From Rebecca billardiae RCC1528 (taxonomy: Eukaryota; Protista; Haptophyta), in NCBI GenBank assembly GCA_965240325.2, contig OZ251226.1, positions 310,001 to 374,000 of the forward strand: a stretch of 64,000 nt of DNA. Direction: 5' to 3'. Each line of letters begins with the position of its first letter. Position 1 is the first letter of the stretch. Both the position numbers and the translations under genes were made by a program. Under the pieces are notes generated by a model, which was given only the letters and a program-made list of their open reading frames with translations, had not been told where the DNA came from and did no database searches. Of the stretch, positions 55,916 through 64,000 are shown piece after piece.

Positions 55916-58106
55916 ATGCGGACGCTCTGGCGTGCTCTCGCGACCTTGCCCTACCTGCACTATCACACGGCGCGCCGCGCGCACGCCATGCGCTCATCCT
56001 CGCCTCCGAGCATGAGCGGCAGCGGCGGCGGCGGCGGCGCCAGCCTGGGTGGCCTGCCGGCCGAGGCGCCGCGCCATGACTCGCCACTGATCACGACGAT
56101 CGGGTACGTGACGGACATCGAGGGCAACCGGCAGTTCTTCGACGAGTACGTGCGCATCTCGCGCGTGCTCGAGCGCGACGCGTCCAACCGGCTGCGGCTG
56201 CGCGACGGCTGCGAGTTTGTCTTCGGTGGCGACGTGTGCGACAAGGGGGACGGCGACATGTACGTGATCACCGAGCTGCTCGACCTGAAGCGGCGGTACC
56301 CTGAGCGCGTGCACCTCATCCTGGGGAACCGAGACGTGAACAAGATCCGCTTCGCCCACGAGCTCAGCCGCCCGGTCGGTGCACGAGATCCGGCGGACGC
56401 GGCCCGATGCGTTGCTTGGTGGAATGCCAAGATGCGCCCGACCGCAGCCGACGACGCGGAGCGGCTGCGCTGGATGCTCGCGCACACGATGGGCTCGGCG
56501 GAGCCCGACACGTTCGAGCTGCGCCGCGACGAGCTCGTCCGCGAGCGCAGGGCCGACCTCCAGCTCGAGGCGGCCGAGGCCGTGCAGCCGCCCGCCGAGG
56601 ACGACGACCCGGCGCGCGTGTCCGTGTTCTCACTCGGCTCCGTGCTCGGGAACGTGTTCGGAGGCGGCGTCGTGGGCTTCGGCGGCGTGGCGCCGCGCTC
56701 GGCGGGGCCGGGGCTCGACGGGAACGACGCGGCGGCGGAGGCCGTCGCCGCCGCCGAGGCCGCCGCCGCCCAGGCGCCGCCCTCCGATGCGGAGGTGGCG
56801 GCGAGCTTTCGCGAGTCGGTCGCGCCGGACGGCCCGCTGTGGCACTACCTGCAGAGTGCGCAGATTGGGGCGGTGATCGGCGACTGCCTCTTCGTGCACG
56901 GCGCGCTGACGGCCGAGTGCGTGGGGCAGCTGCCCCCGTCCGCCGGCGCGGTGCCCTCGCGCGATCGCTCCGCCTCCGGCTTCGAGACCATCGGCTCGCT
57001 CCGGCCGTGGGTGAGCGCCCTCAACGGCTGGGCCTCGGACGAGCTGGCTTCCTGGGCCGTGTACCCACGCGGTGACCCCGCGCACGAGCCGCCGTGGGCG
57101 ATGGAGGGCGGGTACGGCGGGCGCGGCGGCGAGGGGCTGGTGCAGTACGGGATGGGGAGCATCCCGACCGACGCGTGGACCCGCGGTGAGCCCGGCGCGA
57201 AGCTCACGCCCAACCCCACCGTCATCTACGCGTCGTGGTTCGACAACGGCGCGCCCACGGAAGTCTCCGGGAAGGTTCTCGACTTCCTGCGCGAGGCGGG
57301 CGTGCGCACGGTGCTGTCGGGGCACCAGCCGATCGGCGACACGCCGGCGGTGCTGCGCCCGGCGGAGGACCTGACCATGATCGTCGCGGACACCTCGTAC
57401 TCCAACAACGTGCGCTGGCTGCGCCCCCCGCCGCCCTCGCGCCTGCCGTCCAGCCCGGCGGGGCTGGAGCTGTCCAAGCTGCAGCTGGTCCACACGCGGC
57501 CCGACGGCTCGGGCAAGCCAGCGCAGGTGGCGCCCGGGGGCGGCAACCGCGGCGTGGCGGTGCTCGAGGTGGCGATTGAGATGGACCGCCGGCTGCGCTT
57601 CGGAGCCGTGCAGCCAGCGCGCACGCCTAATCCTGACCCGACCGCCGAGGCCGACGAGCGCCCGTGTGCGCCGACGCGCGTGTGCGTGCACGGCAGCTTG
57701 TCCGACGGACGGTGCGTCCGCCGAGCATGCCTGTGCGCCCCGCGCGTTGGCCGCCCTGCCTGCCTGCCCGAGCGACTCACGCCGCGCGCACCTCGCGCAC
57801 GCGCGGTGCTGCGTGCAACCGCCCGCCCGCAGGATGTACGCGTACGAGCTGCAGGGCGCGCGCCCAGATGGTCCCGGCGACGAGCTTGTCGGCCGATGCG
57901 TCGATGGCGGCTGGTTCGTCCGGGCGCCACTGCAGCCAACGGCCGCCGTCGATGCAGCTGGCGGCGGGGAGGCCGAGCGCGAGTACGTGCTCACGCGCGG
58001 AGAGGGCTACAACATGTTCAATCTCGTTGTCCCTGAGTCCACGCTGCGTGAATGGCTTGACGCATCACCGGATGACGACCGGGCGGGCGCTCGAGCTAAC
58101 AAGTAA
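55916..58106 (+). CDS. Calcineurin-like metallophosphoesterase (intron 57712-57832)
   Basis: TDIEG, GDVCDKG, GNRD, FVHG and GHQP metal-binding motifs. Confidence 0.85.
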
Positions 58107-58490
58107 TATGCAGTGCTGTGGTAACACATGCTGCAGCGTTACAGTAGTACTGCATTGCGCTGCCAGATCCATGCTGGCAGCATCAGCAGATTCCAATGGC
58201 AACCGTAGATATGTCATCATCGCCTGTCACTGATACTATTACGGCTGCGCTTTAAGAGTTGGCAGTATATCGATCGCCTATAACTCACCGCCGTCGAACC
58301 ATCAAGCCCTGATAACGCTGCCGCTCAGATACTAGCGCAGCAGATTACTATATATGATGCTGTCATGCAAACTGACTGCGCTGACGTCAACGCTGACGAG
58401 ATGGCTGGCGCCAGGCGCGCGGCGGCGGCGGCAGTCGACTGACGTCGTCGCGCGCGTGATTCCACAGTATATGTATCCACCCTGGTGAGT

Positions 58491-59384
58491 CTATCCCCCA
58501 TCAGGCTCGGGCTTGGTCTCGGGCGCGTCGGTCGCCGCGCGAGCCGCAGCAACCAGGCCTTCGAGCGCCTGCTCGAAGGCTCCCCCGTCCTCGACCAGCC
58601 GGTACACGGACCAGAAGAGGGGCGGGGACCTGCGCGCCATCTCTGGCGCGTTCAGCAGGTGGGTGCCGCTCGACGCGGCGCGCCGGCTGCTCGTAGTCTG
58701 CCGTGAGATGATCTCGGCGAGGACGGCAACAATCTCCTCGCGGGAGTAGCACGGCGTGCGCTCCTCGAACCCCTTGCGGTTCCCAGTGAACGCCACGTGC
58801 AGCACGGACTTCTGGCCGCGCTTGGAAACGGTCAGCTCGACACGCTTGTGTTCGACCGCGTCGCACCGGGCAGCAGCTGACATCTGCGAGTACGCAGCCT
58901 CCCCGCTGGTGCGCGCGTCGGGCAAGAGGTAGTTGACGGCGATGGCGTGCGCGTTCTTGCCCTCACTCAAGTATTCGCCGCCGCTCCGCCGCGCCGCAGC
59001 CTTTGGACGCTTGGCTGGGGATGCGGCTGAGCCTCCATCGGTGTTGGCGGGCCGTTTTGCCTTGGGGGCAGGCTTGATGCGCATGTGTATCATGTCGCCA
59101 TGGCTCAGGCCGACACCGCGCGGACCGATGACCCCGTCGTCGTCGTCGAGCTCGTCCGTGCACGCGATGTCCCGGAAGAGCTGCACACGCGCCACTGGCT
59201 CCACGCTCTTCAGCTGCGCAATCTGTGCGCGCACCGCGCTCAGCTCGTCCGTCGCGCGCAAAGAGAGGCGGTCGGTGCCGTCCGGGTGGCGCACGCGCAG
59301 CGTGAGGCCGACGCCCGCATCTGCATCCCCGCTGCCGGACACCTGGTGCAGCTGCGTGGGGGGCACAGTCTTCTGCCGCGGCAT
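58491..59384 (-). CDS. Protein with N-terminal ubiquitin-like (NPL4-type) domain
   Basis: LRVRHPDGTDRL...QLFRD...GLSHGDMIHM, followed by a basic linker and an unknown C-terminal domain. Confidence 0.65.
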   Translation of the reverse strand: MPRQKTVPPTQLHQVSGSGDADAGVGLTLRVRHPDGTDRLSLRATDELSAVRAQIAQLKSVEPVARVQLFRDIACTDELDDDDGVIGPRGVGLSHGDMIHMRIKPAPKAKRPANTDGGSAASPAKRPKAAARRSGGEYLSEGKNAHAIAVNYLLPDARTSGEAAYSQMSAAARCDAVEHKRVELTVSKRGQKSVLHVAFTGNRKGFEERTPCYSREEIVAVLAEIISRQTTSSRRAASSGTHLLNAPEMARRSPPLFWSVYRLVEDGGAFEQALEGLVAAARAATDAPETKPEPDGG

Positions 59385-59525
59385 GCTCAAGCGCGGCTGC
59401 GCTGCACGGCTGCAGTGCTCAGACCGATCGCGTCGTCGCCGACCGCCGAGATCCATGGCTGCCGGATGACCGACTGGAAGTAGCGCGGACGGCCTCTCTG
59501 GCCCGACGACTGCACGGTCGCGCGG

Positions 59526-60356
59526 ATGGACTTCTTGACTATTGTCAATGTCGTGGTGGGGCTCACGATCGTGCCACTTGGTATCGATCTCCTGGGCAGC
59601 TTCGCAGCCGTCAGACCAAGCGGCCGCCACGGGCGAGTCAATCGCGGCACAGCCCGCGGTGCGCTCATCGCTTCCGTGTCGCTGATCGCGCTCATCGCGC
59701 TCAGCGTCTTCTGGCAGCACATCCTGCCCTATCACGCGCCCGTGCCCTGGTCATGGTCGTGGATCGGCCTCGTGGCAGTCGCGCTGTACTTGTTTGCTGC
59801 GACGATTCTGACTCACATTCTTGCCGTGCTCGTGTCGGCCGGCGCGTCGTCCACCTCCGTGCCTCGCTCTCACTTTTGCAAGACGTGCGGCCACCATGTG
59901 CGCGACCGGGACCACCACTGCGTGTATACGGGTAACTGCGTCGGTCGCTTCAATCGGACGTACTTCATCCTCTTCCTGCTGCACCTCCTTGCTGGCTCGA
60001 CGTTTGCCGTTGTGCTTTGTATCTCGCCGTTCCGTGCGTGCGTGCTGACGCTCGGCACGGCCGCCTACGACAAGGCCGCCTGTGCGCCTTTGCGCTCCAT
60101 GCGGCTCGCGCTCGTCCCCTCGCTCATGGTTTGGGCCCCAATCGCACCGCTCGTGACCTGGCATGTGCTGATCGTCCGCGCTGACACGACAACAGCTGCG
60201 TACATACGGCACGCAAATTCGAGGGGTCTTGCCTCGGCGTGTCGTAGACTGCTGCAGCGCCCCAAGGCGCTGCGCGACAACCACGCATGGCAGCTGATCT
60301 GGCGAGACTTTGTGCGAGCTGACGAGCTCGTCGTCGAACGGGACGCCGACGAGTGA
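59526..60356 (+). CDS. DHHC palmitoyl S-acyltransferase
   Basis: HFCKTCGHHVRDRDHHCVYTGNCVGRFNRTYFILFL plus multiple TM segments. Confidence 0.92.
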   Translation: MDFLTIVNVVVGLTIVPLGIDLLGSFAAVRPSGRHGRVNRGTARGALIASVSLIALIALSVFWQHILPYHAPVPWSWSWIGLVAVALYLFAATILTHILAVLVSAGASSTSVPRSHFCKTCGHHVRDRDHHCVYTGNCVGRFNRTYFILFLLHLLAGSTFAVVLCISPFRACVLTLGTAAYDKAACAPLRSMRLALVPSLMVWAPIAPLVTWHVLIVRADTTTAAYIRHANSRGLASACRRLLQRPKALRDNHAWQLIWRDFVRADELVVERDADE

Positions 60357-60560
60357 CACATCATGTGACAAGGCGCAGACACTACCGACTACGGCGCAGC
60401 CCGTAGGGAGCATAGATAGTGTGCTCGCCGCTCGGTCGAAAGGTTAAGGCGTTTATTTCCCAGTGCTGATGATGAGGATGCCTGCTAACTTAGTCTGTGA
60501 TGAGACGACTGACCGAGTGATTTGGACGATCGCGTCTGAACCAGTAGTACTACTAACTAC

Positions 60561-60710
60561 TAAGAATAAGCAGAGCAGACGCACACAGCTCAGGCAGGCG
60601 AGTTGACGCCCGCCAACTGTCACGTGGGCGCGTTGGGCAGTTTCAACAGTTTCAAGTTCAGGCCGGGCGTCAATCTCGCCTGCCTGAGCTGTGTGCGTCT
60701 CTTATTCTTA
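60561..60710. mobile_element. MITE of family B (~150 bp, ~45-bp TIRs, TA ends)
   Basis: TAAGAATAAG..AGACGCACACAGCTCAGGCAGGCGAG.TTGACGCCCG at the left and its reverse complement at 60664-60710. Confidence 0.85.
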
Positions 60711-61202
60711 CTGTCCTCTGGCCTGCCCCCCCTGCCCCTGACCAGCCCAGACCCCCGACACCTGCGGTGCCTGAGGCCCCGCCCCTGCGCAAGTCTGCCA
60801 GGCTGTGCCAGCGCCGCACGCGCGGAGCAGGCGCAACTGCAGCTCCTCACCAGCGAGACGACGCTTCGCGAGCACCCGGCGTGCAGGCACAGCCCACCCG
60901 GGAGCAGCCCGCCGAGGCTGACCTTGGGGAGCAGCCATACATGCAGGCCGGCACACGTGGTGGGGTGGCACCCGTGCCGGCCCCGGCCCGCAAGCGCAAA
61001 CAGCCGGACGTCCCGGCCCTCGCAGCTGGTGAGCCATCGAACCCTCCTGGCAACAGAACGCTGCCGCCTGCTTTGAGGCCGACACGCCATACTGGGGCAC
61101 GTATCACCTGAGGGCCAGGCCTTCTGTGTGATAAGCTACCCCAGTCGTGCCGCTTGATACACGCCTTCCCCAACCGACAGTGGGGCTCCACGTTCCATAC
61201 TA

Positions 61203-61471
61203 CTACATCCTGTCGGCGTGCTGTTGCATCGGCGCCCGGTCGGCGAGTTCGGACCACGACGTTTTGTGGACGACGGTGGGGCGAGGACGACGGGCGCTGG
61301 CGCGCCGCGAGGCGGCCGCAGCCCTCATCCAGGCCTCGCAGGCGGACGGCTGAACGAATTTTCCGGCGGCGCAGCCATCGGCGACGGCTTCATGGGCGGT
61401 GACAGTTGGCGGGCGTCGATCTCGCCTGCCTGAGCTGTACATGTGCGACACCAGTGCGTCTCTTATTCTTA
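61203..61471 (-). mobile_element. Truncated family B end with subterminal sequence
   Basis: Inverted TIR at 61410-61471; the interior matches 20158-20400. Confidence 0.75.
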
Positions 61472-61497
61472 AACTGTAGTTAACTGTAGAGTTGACG

Positions 61498-62928
61498 ATG
61501 GCGGCCATTTCGCGCATCAAGCGACCCACGCGCTGGGGCGCGTTGTTCTGGTCCCTCAGCGCCGTCCGCGTCATGTACGCCGTGCGCGCTGCAGCGTTCG
61601 CGCGGGTGGTATTTGCCGCTACCGCTCATCCAGCTCCATCCTACTGTCCGCTGGCGCGCTCCCCAGCGGACGCGGGCGCACGGCTGCGCGCACACCACGA
61701 AGCGCTTGCGAGCTGCCCGACCGTGGCGACATGGTGCTACCAGCCCAGTGTCGTGCACGCAGCGCCGCGGGACCTCACGACCGTAGCTGGCTGGACGAGT
61801 TCTCAGCTCCCTGCCCGCGAATCATGCGATTGGCCGCAGCCGCGCTCGTGCTCGCGCACGCACTCGGCCTCGCACTTCGACGACATGCGGCATAAGGGCA
61901 TGCGCGGGCTCGGCAGCCGTGAGGCCGGCCTGATCGCCTACACCGTCTTCAAGGGCGGTTCCACGTCGATGGAGCGGTGGTGGCGCCGCTGCTTCAACGA
62001 CTCGTCCCGACTGCGCGACGAGGCGCTGCCCGTGCGCGCAGGTGAGCAGGTGCTGCACATTGCGATGGCAGCCAGCCCGATTCGCCGCGCCACGTCCGCA
62101 CTCGGCGAGATCATTCGGTGGGCATCCAATTCCAAGCAGTACGAGCTGCGCGCGGGCACGCGCGCGCAGCTGCCCTCGTCCCGCTTTCTCCTCAACGTCC
62201 TCGGCTCCCGCCGCCGCGCCGAGCTCAAGGCCATGCATCCGGGCGGCGTGCGAGAGTGGCCGACCGCCGTGTTTGACGAGATCCTGAGCAGGATCGAGGC
62301 CGAGCACGACGATTGGCTGCTCGCAGGGCTCGGGCCGCGCCGTGCGGATGTCCTGCGCTTCATCGCGGCGGCGTGTCGCGCGGCTGTAGGCGTGGGCTCC
62401 GCGCGCGACGAGCTGCGCACGCTGGAGCACCGCGAGGAGCCCAGAGTGCGCGCCTTCTTGCACGCGGTCGAGTGCTCGTACGCCTTCTTCTCCGCCAAGC
62501 ACGCGCTCAGCGCGACCGTGCACGCAATCTCGAGCTTCGATGCCAACGCGCGCGCGCTGGCGCCGACTGAGCAGTACCTGGCTCGGGGTCCGACGATGAC
62601 ACAGCGCGTGACGCCGCGGGCGCAACGCCTCATCCACAGCGAGGCGCTGCGCGAGGAGCTCGAGGCGACACTTCACTCGGCGGGCATGGCGGCCACAGTG
62701 CGGCGCTGCGGCCTCCCCGGCCGTGCCAATAAAGCGCGAGACAAGGGTAAGGGCTCGGTCAGCTTCACGCACGCTCGCGACGAGCTGCTCTGGGACCGGC
62801 CCGAGTTGATGCAGATGGTGTGCAGAGCGTTCATCCAGGACTTTGTGTGCTTTGGATACGAGCTGCCGCCTGCATGCAACGACACGCTGCATCCAGGCTG
62901 GAGGTGTCCGCCCGCCTCGTCCAGCTGA
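61498..62928 (+). CDS. Carbohydrate sulfotransferase-like protein (Sulfotransfer_2 type)
   Basis: N-terminal anchor, VFKGGSTS, SPIRRATSA and C-terminal FIQDFVCFGY. Confidence 0.72.
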   Translation: MAAISRIKRPTRWGALFWSLSAVRVMYAVRAAAFARVVFAATAHPAPSYCPLARSPADAGARLRAHHEALASCPTVATWCYQPSVVHAAPRDLTTVAGWTSSQLPARESCDWPQPRSCSRTHSASHFDDMRHKGMRGLGSREAGLIAYTVFKGGSTSMERWWRRCFNDSSRLRDEALPVRAGEQVLHIAMAASPIRRATSALGEIIRWASNSKQYELRAGTRAQLPSSRFLLNVLGSRRRAELKAMHPGGVREWPTAVFDEILSRIEAEHDDWLLAGLGPRRADVLRFIAAACRAAVGVGSARDELRTLEHREEPRVRAFLHAVECSYAFFSAKHALSATVHAISSFDANARALAPTEQYLARGPTMTQRVTPRAQRLIHSEALREELEATLHSAGMAATVRRCGLPGRANKARDKGKGSVSFTHARDELLWDRPELMQMVCRAFIQDFVCFGYELPPACNDTLHPGWRCPPASSS

Positions 62929-63020
62929 CGCGCCGTCGTTTGTTTGCTGGCTGAGGATGATATATATGAAAAAAATCATCGCATATATATATATATATAT
63001 ATTGACGATATATATATTAT

Positions 63021-64000
63021 GGCCCGCGGTGCAGGGCGGAGCGCGTAGCGTGGAGCCCCGCCGGGGGCCCTCACTACGTTGTCAAAAAGCAGATCTTTTG
63101 ATCAAAGAAAAGGGGACGGGGGACGATTTTGAGGGCTGTTGGAGGGTGAGTTTTCGCTTTTTCGAGGGGTACATTCGCCCATTGCTCTGCATTAGCAAGA
63201 CGCGATTGACGAAATAGCCGCGCCCGGGCCATTTCGCATATGTCGATGGACGGACGTGCATTTGTCAGTATATCTGGGTGAACGAATCTGCGATTTGTTG
63301 TAAATCTTCATAGCATATTGCCAAATAGGACGAGGACCCAGCGCGTGCGCTGGAGGTCCTGGGCTCCTGGCAAAAAGTCTTCGTCAAGTACTCAACTTTA
63401 CTAACGACGAACCTTTATTGCGCGCTGCCAAATTACTCAACTTTACACCTGAATGACCCCAGTGGGCGGAAATGGCCATATCTCCCGGAGATCGGGAGTA
63501 CTCACACGTGTGAGTCATGTTTCGTCCTTTTTTCCGAGACGTTGATTGGTCAAACGCTCAGCATTCTATGTCCACAATTCCATATCGACACAACACAACT
63601 CCTACCAACCTGTGTACTAAAAACCTTGGGTTAGCTGCACAACGACCAATCATTATCAGCGCGCAGCGAGCGGAGAGACTCGAAAACCGAGAATCACTCA
63701 CGCATTTACTATGATGTTTGCTCTTCGCCCATGCCAACTTTGCTATTGACAAAAACGCAGCGGCTTGGTTACGACCCATAGAAAGACGACCACCAATCAG
63801 CACACAGCAAACGAGACAACCTTCACTTTCGAGCGGGCGAAAGGAGCTTTGGCCTTCAACCCGCAGGCATATGCGTTCTGGCGCTGGCCTTCGTTCGGCG
63901 CCCGAGCATCATCGGTAGACGTGTGGCGTGCCGGCCCACGGTCCGCCGCCCTCGCCCTGCTCATCTTCATCGTCTCCTCATCCTCCTCGTCGTCCGCGCC
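63021..64000. mobile_element. Terminus of an R1-related element in inverted orientation, running out of the window
   Basis: GGCCCGCGGTGCAGGGCGGAGCGCG.AGCGTGGAGCCC...AGATCTTT.GATCAA.GAAAA is the reverse complement of the R1 right end (homology to about 63170). It is preceded by (TA)n. The right boundary is unknown. Confidence 0.65.

Overview
This is very GC-rich eukaryotic nuclear DNA with short GC-rich GT-AG introns and a spliced 60S RPL26 gene. The composition suggests a haptophyte-type alga such as Diacronema/Pavlova, but that is inference only. About 20 genes lie in GC-rich islands, and twelve of them form six tight head-to-head pairs. The islands are separated by AT-richer spacers full of transposon debris. 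Genes: a RING-H2 ligase, three FHA-domain proteins (FHA+Tudor-like; FHA+Tudor-like+RG+PHD; FHA+HMG-like), a Fringe/GT31 glycosyltransferase, an MBD4-like glycosylase, a bacterial-type GNAT, a Ser-Pro3 mucin/extensin-like membrane protein, a BASS transporter, a C45 Ntn-hydrolase, a homeobox protein, an ARM/IQ protein, RPL26, two sulfotransferase-like proteins, a metallophosphoesterase, a ubiquitin-like protein and a DHHC palmitoyltransferase. Mobile DNA: a TA-flanked IS630/Tc1-like element with a broken transposase, two TA-flanked TIR/MITE families scattered as solo ends, a (TA)n-associated ~1.3-1.5 kb repeat, a putative tRNA-derived SINE and a perfect 55-bp hairpin. The most notable observations are the FHA/Tudor/PHD/RING/MBD4 chromatin and DNA-damage neighbourhood, the divergent-pair architecture, and repeat copies that diverge mainly by short templated insertions. 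No CRISPR array, rRNA or Fanzor/TnpB was seen.
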